Positions 25,345-40,167 of a stretch of 64,000 bases of DNA are shown one piece after another. A model generated the notes under the pieces. It was not told the DNA's origin. It saw only the letters and a program-made list of their open reading frames with translations, and did not search any database. The translations under genes were made by a program, and so were the position numbers. How positions within the stretch are numbered: the stretch's first letter is position 1; each line of letters starts with the position of its first letter. Source of the stretch: the human T2T-CHM13v2.0 reference genome, Homo sapiens; NCBI RefSeq assembly GCF_009914755.1, contig NC_060940.1. The stretch is one strand, 5' to 3'.

Positions 25345-27807
25345 ACTCTGGTTTAGTGGAAAGTCAATCATATTCAAACCCCTCCCCTCAAAAACGAAAA
25401 AAAAAGGCAAAGAAACTTGTTTTTTCTCTTCTCCTCTCACATCCCCCCATTGTCCTGTCACTCAGCCAGATGCCTGGTTGGCTCCTCAGCCTTCCTTCCA
25501 CCCTACCTCTCATCCAATCTGTCGGTCACCTGTACCTTGTCAGTTCCCTACTTTCAAAATATTTGAGAAATCTGCATTCTCTTCTATATCAGGAGCATCG
25601 TATCAAGTGGGTTATGTACATTTAATCCTCACACCAATCCCATAAGCTAGGTATTGTTATTATTGCCTTCATTTACACATAATGAAATCAGGGATAAAGT
25701 GCCCAAGGTTATACACCTTGTAGGTGACAGAACCCGGTCATCTGATTCTACGGCCCACACATAACCCCCGTTCTCTGGGGGGCTTCCTCGTCCTCGGGTT
25801 GAAGGCCCAGTTCTCTCATTTACTCCTCTGTCAGGAACTCTGCCCTGTGCTCTCAGAATGTGAGGGACTTGCCTCCACCACAGTCCTTTGCTCTCAGCAT
25901 CTTTACTGTTTGTTTACATTCCTCTCTCCCTTCTAGACTATGAGGGCTTTCAGGGAAGATACGATGTTTATTTCATCTCTGTATCCCAAGCCCAATACCT
26001 GCCCTGGAGCCTGACACTCACAACCAGTCAATGTCAGTTGAGTAAATGAATGCATTCATAGCTTCAACAATCTAGACTAGAGACATCCCCTTTGTTTATA
26101 CTAGAATTTTCCAGGTTACACTGCAATAAATGCAATACAGCACTATGGCTCTGTCAGAAGAGATCAGAAAGTGAAACAATTTTTTAAAGAAAGAAAAAGA
26201 TTCCATAGTCAAATTACCCTGGACAACTCTAGATTAACCAACACTAAAGACGTTTCCTTCCTGCTGGAAAAGCTCTGTGAACAGAGCTTTAAATATTCTA
26301 ATTTGCTTTTAGACTTTTTGGAAGACAGGTGGTCATCCAGGTATGCAGAATTCTTTTATTAATCAAGAACACTTTTTAAAACTTTATTTGAAAGATCTCA
26401 AGAAATACCAACCATAGTTAGAGTATGCTGGGGTGCACCGTGGCCCCTCCTGGACAAAGAGGCCTCCCTCAAGGTTAAGAGGTGTAGGGGCTTCCCTCTG
26501 GAGCTGGAGATGCCATCACTGGCTAGCTAGGATGATTCTTCTCTCCCGCAGATCTCAGATCTGCACCCACCATGTTCCTGCGACACTTTCATTTTTGTTT
26601 TTGGTTGATTTTCCCACTCTCATTAGAGCCTGTATTCCCTGTTTCCGTCCTGAGCTGAAAATGAAAGTGGATGGCCTAAAGCTCTCTGAACCTCATTAAC
26701 CTCCACATTATCTCAGGGAAATTATGCCAATTATCACACCGGGGCTCAGGATTGAAAAGCTACCATGTCTGAGCCGACGGTGATGGATGCTACCAATTTA
26801 GAGAGAGGAGGGGCAGCTCTTCATGTGGTGAAAGAATCATTTGTTTTGCCAAGAGAAGCTTTCCTGTGGCAGACACAGAGTGTGGCTCTGACAGGGAAGT
26901 GCTCCTGGCATCCTTTTGTAAGCGACCCATTCTGAGCACAATTTTAAAAAAATAGCATGTGTTGGTTAAGCTTGCTTTTTTATTGTCTTAATACAGAGAA
27001 GTATAGAGAAGAAGAAAAAAAAAAATCTAAACATATAAAAATGGCCCGTAATCCCCCTACCCAGTGATTTCTGTTGACCTTTAAAACCAATCAAAATAAA
27101 AGTAATACAATATAGGTAGGTCTAGACAATTCAAAGAGTTCAGTAAGTAACAAAGTTAAAGTAAATATCTTCCACTTCCTTTTCCAAGTCCAATCTCTTA
27201 ACAACCAATAGAGTTTTGTGGTTCCTTTAGAAACATTCTAACAGTGGAACATCAGGGCTGAGAGCTGTGGCTCTCAGATATGAGGGGACATGAAAGTCAC
27301 CTGGATTTGCTAAACGGAAGGTGGCCTGGCATCTGCCTCAGAGATTCTGATTCAGCTTGTCTGGTAGGGAGTTTCTCAGGTCACGCTAAATCCCTGCTTT
27401 CTTCCCAGCTGTGTGATTTTGAACAAGTTACTCAGCCTCATTTTGCCTTGTTTTTTTTATTTTTTATTTTATTTTTCCATAAAATGGGGCTAATAAGAGA
27501 GTTGTCAGAATTAAATGAATTAAAATGATAAAAAGGCTCTGCATATTAAGAACCATGTAATTTTGCTATTTAGCATATACCAGCCTGTAAATATGTATCC
27601 AACTACCATTTATGCTTTTTAATGTTAGTTAACAAAAGGATAATTTTATAAACACTTCAGTACTATGTTCACAATAATTTTTCATATATTTACATACAGA
27701 TCTATTTAGTCTTTGTGCTTAACATGAAATCATAGTTTAGATGTATTTTCTGGAAGACATGCTAGTCTTCTGTTAAGTGACCACACTAATTGTTTATTCT
27801 TTATATT

Positions 27808-28226
27808 GTTTTATTTTTTATTTTTATCTTTTATTTGCAGTTCAGGCATACATGTACAAGTTTGTTATAGATAAAGTGCGTGTCATGGGTTTGGTGTACA
27901 GATTATTTCATCACTCATGTAATAAGCATAGTACCTGATAAGCAGTTTTTTGATCCTCACCCTCCTCCCACTCTCCACCCTCAAGTAGAGTCTGGTGTCT
28001 GTTTTTCCCTTCTTTGATGCCCATATATACTCAATTTTTAGCTCCCACTTATAAGTGAGAACATGTGGTATTTGGTTTTCAGTTCCTGTATTAATTTGCT
28101 TAGGATAATGGTCTCCAGCTTCATCCATGCTGCTGCTAAGGACATAATCTCATTCCTTTTTCTGGCTTCATAATATTCTATGGTATATATGGACCATATT
28201 TGCTTTATCCAGTCTACCGTTGATGT
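27808..28226 (-). mobile_element. 5'-truncated L1 (L1PA15/16-like) 3' end
   Basis: T-rich tail, then gatcctcaccctcctcccactctccaccctcaagtag and tagctcccacttataagtgagaacatgtggtatttgg. Confidence 0.85.
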
Positions 28227-29403
28227 ACCAATTGTTTCCAGGTACTAGCTAATCTAAGAAGTGCAGCAAGGGATATCTTGCATATATCTGACATATATCT
28301 GTGAGTATATTCAGAGTTGAAAAATTCAAAGTTAAATACACATTTTGGGGAAGGCTACTTTTGTTTCTAAGCCTGGGGCTGCCAAAAATCCTGATGGGAC
28401 CTACAGGCAGATGATGTTTTCCCCATGGAGTTTGTGGTCTTCATCTTTAAAATGAGGGTGAGAAAGCAAGCAAACAATGTTGGCATACTGAGTCATATGT
28501 TCATAGCAGGAAGCAAGAAGCTGAGGATCTAGAATCAGTTAAAGTGTGCTCCCCATACACAAGGAACCCTGGTCCTCAAGGGACCCAGAGTTCCTCGTGT
28601 ATCCCGGCAAACAGATGTACTGTAGGCACAGTAATAGAGTAATGCAGGAAGATAAAAGATTGCACAAAAAGGGAGTGAGGTGGGTAGAAGGGATCAGGAA
28701 AGGCTTCAGGGGAAAGGAGTGGATGTGTTTTGCAAAGTGAGTAGGAATCACAGGATGATTAAGAGGGAAAGGCATTTCAGAGAGAAAAACCAGCATGTAC
28801 AAGAGCCCAGAGGCTTGGTAGCACCTAACACAGCACCTAATATAAGATGGGCACTCACAGGGCGTTAGTGTTAGTTGAATACAGTCTTGGCCCTCGAGGG
28901 GTGTATGACACAGAGAAAGCTAGTGTCTTAGCCTCTCTTTGATCCAACTAAAGACCAAGAATCTCTTCAGACAGGGCTGCCACATCCTAACGTGAGATTT
29001 TAGGTTCGTGAATAGTTTAGTACCTTTTTGATGAATTCACATAATCAAAGGGAAGATTTGCCCTCTTATACCTCTAAAATCACCAGGTTGGAATATAAAT
29101 GTAGAAAAAACTTTCAGATAGACCTTGGCCTTGCCTGCAACATCTACACCCTTGGTGCAAGCCCCAGGATTCTGAGTGCAAATTGGTCATAGCCACTTCC
29201 TTCTACCAAGATTTCATTCCCTGGGGGACAACCAGTGGACATCACTTTAGCTCCCACTGCCAGCTCAGAAAGTCTGTTAATACCATCAATTGAAACCATG
29301 TAAACACACAAAGCCTTTCAGTTGAAACATTTCAATCTTGCAAGCTTTTTGCTCAAATGGTAGAAGAAAGGAAAACATGAATCTGAACTCTAGGGGACAT
29401 TTG

Positions 29404-29461
29404 ATACTGGTTGTTTCAAGGGACAGAGTGCAATACTGGTTGTTTCAAGGGACAGAGTGCA
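29404..29461. repeat. Perfect 29-bp tandem duplication
   Basis: atactggttgtttcaagggacagagtgca x2 (29404-29432, 29433-29461). Confidence 0.97.
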
Positions 29462-30764
29462 CTGAGCTAGGCTGCTTTTCAAATATTTCCAAGGATGCAT
29501 TGGAACACTTCACATCAGAAAGGTGATGTTTTATTGTTACAGTTTGCAGTTGGTTTCAGACAAGGGCCATAGTGAGTCCACAATATGGTCCACTGTCATG
29601 GAATAAAAGCAGCAGATATAGTCTTCAAGTTGACCCCAAAACATTCCCAAGCCAACACCTCCTTCAAAGGAAGCTGGGAAAGAAGGTCTTTAAGATGCTC
29701 TAATTAACCTGCTCCATAATCAGTTTCCTGATCGATAACAAGCCAGTATGCCCTTCTGACCGTGCAGTTTCCCCAGATAGATTTAAAGGGGAAAAGACTG
29801 ACTTGAGTCCAAACTCTGCCACATTCTAGCCATGCAACTTAGAGAAAGTGAGCCAACCATACTGAGCCCCAGTTTCCCTCTCTATAACATGTTGATAATG
29901 TTGGGAGAATTAAACAGTAGCATTTGTGGAAAGGTCCAGCTCAGAGGCTCAATCATAGACAATTTCCACAGTGCCCTCAATGTTACTGGAAAAAAGAATT
30001 ACCTTATGTCATTTTTAGAGGTGGGATAGCCTACAAGCTTGTCCCTTAACTATGAGTTTCACTGATGTTCTGCCATATGTACTAATAAGAGGTGGGAAAA
30101 ATAAAGTGACAGAATTAGTTAGGACTTTATTTTCCAGTTAAGGCTATACCCAACTTGAGCTGGCTTAAGAAAAAATGCAGGTGATATATTAGAAATAGTG
30201 AATCTTCATAAAATGATGGGATGAAAATTGCAACTGAGCCTAGGGAAGGGCCTGGAAACCAGGACAGAAAGTCATAAGTAAACCTGATAAATGGCTGTCT
30301 GCAATTTATACTCCTGCTTGGTCTTGATTCATCGTTTCTCCTCTGTTTCCTAACAGCATTTCTCTGCTCCCAATTCTCATGGTAGAATATATGGCCCCAC
30401 AACTCCTGTCTTCACCTGCTAGAGGACCAGTCAGAACTCAAGACCATCAATACTTAGAAAATAGAAGCTGATTCTTCCAGCGTGAGGCTACACTCGCTCT
30501 AATCAGCAGGTGGATAGAGCCACAGAGCATAAAAATGGCTATTAGGGGAATCTTGTGCATCATGGTTATAAGGTAGAAAGACTCTAAGTTGAAAGGACAG
30601 ATTGATAATTTTAGGAGAGAGGAAAAGAGAAGAGGTGTACCTTCAGTAGTTGACTAAATGTTGCTCAGTTCCTGCTCTCTATAAAGTAGTGTTGAAGGCA
30701 CAGAGGTATACATCTGGCTTTGGAGAAGTTACAATTTTATCTATTTTTTTCTTCTTTGTCATTT

Positions 30765-31575
<811 letters not shown>

Positions 31576-31596
31576 TGAGAAAGTTGGACTAGATCA

Positions 31597-31935
31597 ATAG
31601 TTCCTAACCTTGGCTTATTATTTAAATGACATGGGAAGCTTTTTAAAAGCTCAATATACAGGCACCACCACCAGATAGAATAAATCTGAATCTCTGGCTA
31701 TGGGACTCTGGGTATCAATATTTTAAAAAATGTCTTTAGATGATTCCAGTCTTTAGCTAAGGTTCATAACCAGTGAACACGATCAGTTATTCTCAAATGA
31801 ATCACCTCAATCTAGCTAACATAAAGATGGTGACATAATAGGTTACAGATGGGGCATGGAATTCTGCATTGCTAACAAGCTCCTAGGTTTTATCAATGCT
31901 GCTGATCCATGGATTATCCTTCCAGTAGCAAAGCA
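31597..31935. mobile_element. Two adjacent MER5-family hAT remnants (MER5B-like, then MER5A-like)
   Basis: aaatctgaatctctggctatgggac...ttttaaaaa; gaattctgcattgctaacaagctcctagg...atgctgctgatccatgga. Confidence 0.6.
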
Positions 31936-34589
31936 CTAAGGTATTCCTGCATCCCAGTCTAGTCCTGAGATTCTAAGAGAGGGAATATTTACTTGACAAA
32001 TATTTATTATCTATACCAAACCTTGTGTTACATGCTGCGGCCAAGAAAGCCAGTAAGTTTCTGCCACAAAGAGGTTAATATGTAGCCCTCACGGCTTGAG
32101 AGAAGCCCAAGGAAATATTCTGTGGATAACATTTTTTTTTTCAGAGTTGTGTTTAGAAGTCTATTTATTAGGAATTTTTGTTTGTATTCTTTTTGTTTTG
32201 TTTTGTTTGTAAGAAAACATTCTTACTGAAAAGGCAACTGGCTTTCCTGTGAGAATGAAAGCCTGCTCAAGTCTGAGACTCAGGCAGTTTGGCATGGAAA
32301 GAAGGAAGTGATAACACCTAGAAATTTAGCGTAATGCGAGCAAAACACGAAGTCTGTGATGAAGAGAGTTTGGCCCTGGGCACAAAGGGCAACATAGAAC
32401 CTATAGCTGGTGAAAAAATAATGATATTTATGATGACAGATAGAGAGAGAAAGAAGGAGATATTATGGATGGATGATGGCTGAATGAAGAGATAGATAGA
32501 TACATACATACATACATAGACACACAGAAAAATAGATAAAGGTTCCGTGAAAGAATCTGCTTGTCTCCCAACGGATTCAATAATGAATGATCAAGCTCAC
32601 TCTACAAAAATCATGAATATGTTTCAGGACATAGTTAAAATTTCTATTAATAACAGAACCAAAGTTGATCCAGTGCTTATGGTGTAAGTCTGTTATGTTT
32701 CATTAAGCTATTCTATGTGTAGAAAGCCAGGAATCCACATGTATACCTTGTTCCAAATCACAGAGTATGCATTCACATAGTGTGGGGAGGGGGAGGCCAT
32801 AATAAATTGCCATCCTTGCATTCATCAAATATTCTCTGAGTGCCTACTATGTGCCAGGAACTGAATTTGATCAAAGTTTCCACATTGCCACTTTAGAGAT
32901 TATTCATATGCCATTATCTTTTGAAGCCAAGTTCAAGATGTTTTGCTCTGCATGGTTACATGTAATACTCACGAAAACCTGTTACATAGAAGTCAATGTG
33001 GGAAGCTGTTGATGTTGATGCTGGTGATGATGAGTGTAGTGGTGATGGTGATGGTGGTACTGATGGTGGTGGTGTTGCGATATATCTTCTACTTAAGACA
33101 TTTTTTAAACTGACTCCAAAACGTGGAGAGACCATAGAAAGTTCCACTGTTGGTAAGTTCTTACCAAACTGGGGCAAGAAGTCAGGTGGCCAGACTATAA
33201 CTTCAGCTTCCTGTCCATTCCACCAAGGAATAACTAGAATATTAGGTAGTTTCTAAAGTTTAGTTTTTAGTTGGCCATGGTAAACACATGTGAGAAGATG
33301 AGCAAAAAACTCAGGTTCTGCAACGTACTATGGTTTCATGACTAAGAAGAGAGAGGCTTTAAAATGGCAACTCCTAAAGTTTTACTGATTTTTCATTTCT
33401 AGCTTGCATTCTTTTCTTCTGGCAAGGCTGGCTGGAACAAGAATCAGTCATAAAGGAAATGTTTCACTCTGCCTCACAAGTGCATTTCTGTGCCAAAGTT
33501 AGCTCCTACCTTTATAGTTAATACACATAAAAAGAGAATATTTAGACAGGCACTTCACAAACGTGTGGTTAGCTTAGGAAGTCAGAAGATTATAACTGCC
33601 CCCAAGAAAATGTCGTGCCTTTCAAACAGCTTCAATCCAACTGGCCTTGCAGCATCCCATCTGGTCACACTCCAACCCCTCTCCACTCTGCAGCCAGAGT
33701 GAGTCTTTACAAAATGTAAATATGATTGCATCTCTCCAGGGCCCAACATTCTCAATGGCTCCCTGTCATCTGCAGAAGAATCCTCATGCTCCCTAGTCTT
33801 GCAGACAACACCTTTTGGGGTTTGGTCATGGTTAACCATTCTAGCTTTATTTTTCTTCCCACCTTTTGGCCTTCTATGATGTGCTTGGGCAAAAGCAAGT
33901 CACATGTAGCTGAAGTCCGCATTAAAGACCACTCTGCCAGCCCAGGCAATATAGTGAAACCCACTCTCTACAAAAAACAACAAAAACAAAACAAAACAAA
34001 CAAAAAAAACACTTTGTTTTTTTTTCAAATTAGCCAGGCGTATTGGCACTTGCCTGTAGACCCAGCTACTTGGGCAACTGTCTCATAAAAAAAAAATTAC
34101 CTCTCTTGGTGATGCTTCTAGGCCTCCTAGGTCCCTTTGCAAGAATGCTGTATCTGCCTTCACCCTGTCTTCACCCCACAAACTGTTACTCACCCTTAAG
34201 GACTCACCCTACCCAAAAACACTTGCTTGCTAGACCAGCGTCAGATGAGAATAGGGGAGCCACCTTTATGCCTAATTCTATCAGAGTGTGCCATAAACCA
34301 TGAATTTTTTAAAAAGCAAAATCCACTCATCATCATCATTAATCACCACCACCACTTCAAAGAATCATTGAGAGCCTACTAAGTTCCAGCCACTGTTCTA
34401 ATCACTGTACATGTATTATCACATTTAATATCTGTGATATTCTATGAGATCTGACATTAAATAAGTTAACACACACACAAATAAAGGCACAAACTATCTA
34501 AGTATAGCAGTGCCTGGCACATAGTAAACATTGCAATAATTTGTTGCTCAACAATTTGTAAAGCTAAGTTAGTAACTATTTGTTCAGTT

Positions 34590-36205
34590 CTTTTTTAAAA
34601 AACATGGGCTTTATTTTTAGAGTAGTTTTAAATTCACACAAAAAAGTTGAGAAGATAATACAGGAAGTCCCCATGTACCCTGCACCCATTGTTCCCTATG
34701 CCTATCCCACATTAGCATCACATCTTTGTAACAATTAATGAACCACCATTTATACATTATTAGTAACTAAACTCAATAATTTGTTCAGATTTTCTCAGTT
34801 TTTGCCTGATATTCCTTTTCTGCTTCAGGATCTAACATAGGATATCAATGTACACTTATTTTGACGCCTTCTTAGGCTCTTTTGGGATGTGAAATTTTGT
34901 CAGACTTTGCTTGCTTTTGATGACCTTGACAGTTGTGGGGAAGAATAGTTGGGCATTTTGCATGATCCACTATAGTGATTTGATGTTTTTCTCATGACTG
35001 GAGTAGGGTTATGGGTCTTGGTGAGAAGACCCAAATGGTAAAGTACCATTTCATCAAGTTATGACCATTGATGTTGGCCTTGATCACCTGACTGAGGTAG
35101 TACTTGTCAGGTTTTTCCACCAAAACATACATTTTCCCTTTTCTCATATCGTAGACCTTGGAAGACAGTGATGCTTCCCCTCCTTGAGGGTAGAGTATAT
35201 AGATAAATTATTTGGAATTCTTCTACATGGGAGATTTGTCTCCTCTCCTCCATTTTTTAATGTATTCAATCATGTATTTAGATAAGTATGAACTCATGGA
35301 CATTTATTTTATTCTTTGTGTTTTCATCCAACACTAGTTAATTTTATTGCTCAAACTGTTCCAGCATTGGCCCCTGGGAGCTCTTTCAGTTGGCTCCTGT
35401 ACTCCTTTGACATAATCCCATCCATGTGAGCTTTTTTTAATATGATCACTTCCTGACTTTCTGCTCCAGGCTCATCTTGCATATTTCCTGCCCTGGTCCT
35501 AGAGTTAGCCACTTCCACAAGTCCTGGTTTGTTTTATTGGAGAATGGTATTAGAAACCAAGATCTAGTGCCAGCTGTGCCCATTGTTATTGGAGGGCTTT
35601 TGTTTTGAAGACTTGCTTGACTGAACAAAACAAACAAAAATATATGTATATGTGTGTATGTATATATGTAGGTATGTGTTGTAATTCCTGCATATACATA
35701 TACACATACCTATAAATATTTCAACCTGTAATTGTCTGTATGTGTATTAAACTAAACATGAGTAGCTGATGTCTCCAACTCTAATCCATTATCACATGGA
35801 TCATTCTAGCCTCCTACCCTTGCTTATCTGTAAATTTCCATTCCAACAGCAAGAAACCTAGCTCCCACCACCTGCCATCTATTTACTTAATTATTCAACT
35901 CCAGTATGCATGCATAGCAATACTAGAATTCTTAACCTATTCCCCTATGAAAAACAACTTTATCAATATTAGTACAGTGCTTATATGCAGTTTATTTTGC
36001 CCTTAATCTCACAGACTCTACTGATCTCCAAAGTCACTTAGGTCAGCACCTTTTCCTTCCACCCTCTTCAGTGAGATTGGTTTATACATTTGTAATACAG
36101 TTATATTTGCTTGTCACCATCTGCCTTCCTTCCTGGGATTCCCCTGATTTCCTAAATGATTTTTTATGTGCATACATTAAGGTTAATGCTTTGTGTGGTA
36201 CGGTT
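34590..36205 (-). mobile_element. Old L1 (L1MC/L1MD-like) 3' region
   Basis: ctttatttttagagtagttttaaattcacacaaaaaagttgagaaga; ttttattggagaatggtattagaaaccaagatct. Confidence 0.75.
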
Positions 36206-37272
36206 CTATTATTCATTCATTTTTCATCATCTATTTATTCCCCATTCATTTATTGTTTATAACACTATTTCACACACACATACACAGAAGTTAAATTAAC
36301 TGACATTTAGAAAATGACCCTAACATAGCATTTAAAGTCAAACAGAAAGATCAGAGTCTACAGAGAGGAAGGGAAAGGTAACCATATCAGAGCTTAGCAT
36401 GAGACAATTACTGCAGTAAAGAATTGAGGTTAGCTCAGAGTCCCTTGGCTGCCAAACTGATGGAAAGAAGCATAGCAGCATCCTAGAACAAATAGTTCCT
36501 ATTCTGGACCTAAACACTAAGTGGCAGTTATAAGGGAGGAAGGTAAGATGGGACTAAGTAAGACTGACTTTGGCTGAACCTGCAGACTTCTAGGGAGAAC
36601 GTGTTTAGGCTTGACCCTTAAGTCCATAGAAAGTTGCATTTCAAATTTCCTGTGGTTGTTCCAGAAATTCTCTCCCAGAAGTCCAGGACAGTACAGAGAT
36701 TCACTGCCAGCTTGCCAGCTTTGGGAATAAGCCTTCATCCTTACCATCATCATGAGGAACACTTAAACATTTATGCTACATTTACATTTACAAAATGCTC
36801 TTGTATTTTCTTCTTCTTTTCATTCTCATGTCCACCTGAGGAGTCTGTTGTCAAGTATATGGTCATTCTCATTTTATAGATGAGTAAGCTGAGGGTCAGA
36901 GAGGGCTTGATTTTCTGGAGACACACAATAAAGACAAGCAACTCAATTCTAGAATCTGGATTCCTCTCCCCTCTTCTCCCAGAGCAGCTCATGCCACTGC
37001 CACTCCTTGACTACTTTGAGGACAGCAACCAAAATACAAGTAATCTCAGGTGGCAATCAGAAGTTATGCATTTGAAATTCATTTGACTCCACTGAGAATC
37101 CATATTAAAGGACCTGAGATTCCAACATGGACTTTAAAATTCTGCAAAAGTGTCATTTCCAATGTCATTTCAAAGTGCTGCAAAGTGGCCTGTGGCCTTC
37201 TCTGGAAAAAGTAAAGCAGATGTTTTGTTTTGCTTTCCCCAGTCATTCTTAGGTATCGATGTTTTCACATTA

Positions 37273-37566
<294 letters not shown>

Positions 37567-38395
37567 TAATGTCATTCTTAAATTATCTAGAAACTAAGAA
37601 ACAAAGGATAAAAGCTTCTGCACAGTCAGAGAAGGCAATGTTCATTCTGTTCCCTCTTTATTTGCACATACTTATTCAGGTTTTTCACTCTTATTTTACA
37701 CAGAACTCAAATGTCTGTAATTACCTGATATTCAAACCCACAGCATATTAGAAACAGTAACTGGAAAGAGAGAAGAGTGGGTACACGAACAATTAGGCAT
37801 AAGGATTTAAAACACGAAACCATCTAGAAACATTTAGTTCAGGGGCAAAGTGTCTTTGTGCACCTCAGTTTCCCCTAACAGCTTTAGTTTATTTAAGCAG
37901 AGCAGCATAATCTGTGCTCATAAAGATATTTCCAAATTATTTTTTAAATCCAAATAATGTTGTGTATACTGCACTTGAAATAGTGGCAATAGTTTTTTCT
38001 GTTTGTGTGCTTGTTTGCTTGCTTTTAAAATATTTTTCATTCAAAACAGTCAAAATAAAATAAGTAATTGCTTCAGTGTTTAAAGCGCAGAAGCCTTGGA
38101 TCTATGGAAAGTAAGAGTACCCAGTATAACTCATTAACTCAATAAACATTTACTGTGTAAAAATTGTACATCAGGAACCGTGGATGGAGAAATAAATAAT
38201 ATTGATCCCTGTCTTCAGGAAGCTCAACATTTAATTTGAGAATATGTCCCCAGGGATCTGCATTGCTGAGATTTTTATGGTATAAAAGGATGATGGTTAA
38301 ATCCTTCCTGTTCTACGAGTCTTAGGACTCCCAGAGGTGAGCACCACTGAATCAAAGCCTTGAAGTTTGAGAAGAAGCAACAGGATTCATATATT

Positions 38396-38770
38396 AAGGA
38401 AAGAAGGAAGGAAGGAAGAAAACAGGGAAGGAAGAAGGGAGGAAGGAAGGAAGGAAGGAAGGAAGGAAGGAAGGAAGGAAGGAAGGGAGGGAGGGAGGGA
38501 GGAAGGAAGGAAGGGAGGGAGGGAGGGAGGAAGGAAGGAAGGAAGGTAGGTAGGTCTTGGAGTCAGAGAAGTTGGTACATCCCCCATCTCTGCTACTAAC
38601 TTTCTGATTGACTTTATAAACCAGTCAATTTTTCTGGGTCTCATCAAATTTTTCAGAAGGAAGGAAAGAAGAAAGGAAGGAAGGAAAGAAGGAAGGAGGG
38701 AGGGAGGGAGGGAGGGAGGGAGGGAGGAAGGAAGGAAGGAAGGAAGGAAGGAAGGAAGGAAGGAAGGAAA
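38396..38770. repeat. Bipartite GGAA/GGGA microsatellite with a ~100-bp unique insert
   Basis: (GGAA)11 at 38441-38484 and (GGAA)11 at 38726-38769 flank the insert at 38553-38654. Confidence 0.95.
38553..38654 (+). repeat. Direct duplicate, copy 1 (partner 40015-40120)
   Basis: Manual alignment: 9 substitutions and one 4-bp indel over about 105 bp. Confidence 0.93.
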
Positions 38771-40014
38771 GGGGAAAACTGAAAAAGGTTGGCCAGACCG
38801 AACTGGAAGCTGGAGGGTAAAGAAATCCCCTGGTGCAGATGGTAGAGGTCAGGCACAGAGCAGAGTGAAAACAGAGCACGTCTGGAGAGGCAAATAGAAC
38901 ATGTTCATTCCTGCCACACTGATCCATTCCAACATGGAGTCCACTTTGCTCAGGATCAAAGGACATTTTCCCATTAGCATCAGAAGTGGTCTCATGATCC
39001 TTCTCAGCAAGCCCTCCAGGCAGAGTAGAGTCATTGGTTAAAATTGGACCGTAAGTTGGGCCATATTTCCCATCCTTGCCCAACACAGTCTTGAACCTTC
39101 TTTCATATTCTTTTTTCGTTGGTTTGATTGTCTTGATTTTAGTAATGCCTTATCACTTTTTGAAAGGTGATTTTAACTTGTGTTTGCTGAAACCACCATA
39201 TTGATAATGCTTTGTGGATATAAAATATCCAGAGAGACAGAAACATTGTCATGAAAAAAAAAGCACTGGACTTTGTTTTAGAAATCTCCGTATCTTACTA
39301 ACGAGATTGGCTGATCTTGGACAAGTCATGTGCTTCATGGGAGCCTAAGATCTAACCTATGTGTAGTAGGAATGATGAAGTTACCTCCCAGAACACCAAG
39401 GATGTTAACTTTTACAAGGGAAAAATACAAAAAAAAAAAAAAAAAAAAAAAAAGGTGCTGCATGATTCATAAGAAAGTAGTGATTTTTTAGTTTAGTTAT
39501 TATTTTTTAATAAGGCATCATAAAGAGGTGAAGAGATCAAGCTGTAGGTTAGAAAACAAGGCTTTGAAACTTGGCTCTGGAACTTCCTAGCTGGGTGACA
39601 ATGAGCAAATGTCATAATCTTTCCAAACCTCAGTTTCCTTATCTACAAATGGGAATGACTGCAGCACCCACCTCACAGGCTACTTGTTTCATGATATTCA
39701 ATGAGGATAACCAAAAGCATTAATTATTACTGCCTTGTTATGGCTGCAGAGGATGCCTTCAGAGCAGGGAGCAAGTCCATACGTTATTCACTAATTTGAT
39801 AGCATTTATTGTGCCTTGTCAGGGTCTAAGATTTATGATTTAGCTGGAGACAGACATCAACAGGCCTTTCTACTTCTCCTGAGACCACAGCCATAAACAA
39901 AATTAAACTCCTGAGTGCTGTTCCCTCCAAACATTTCTCCTCAATTTTGTTTGCCCAAGTTTCAGAGACCATTACTTCAGTCATGATTTTCAATGTGAGC
40001 TGATTGAAATCACT

Positions 40015-40120
40015 GGTCTTGGAGTCAGAGAGGTTGGTGCATCCATCCCCCATCTGTGCTGCTAACTTTCTTATTGACTCTATAAACCAGTAAATTTCTC
40101 TGGATCTCATCAAATTTTTC
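40015..40120 (+). repeat. Direct duplicate, copy 2 (partner 38553-38654)
   Basis: ggtcttggagtcagagaggttggtg...ctcatcaaatttttc, followed by a GA-rich tract as in copy 1. Confidence 0.93.
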
Positions 40121-40167
40121 TGAGGAGAGAAACGAAGGAAGGAAGGCAGGGAGGGAGGGAGGGAAGC

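Noticed and set aside
38360-39086. EGRK- and PSFL-repeat ORFs (also at 8171-8482 and 13736-14068)
   Set aside because: Translations of GGAA/GAAA/CT microsatellites.
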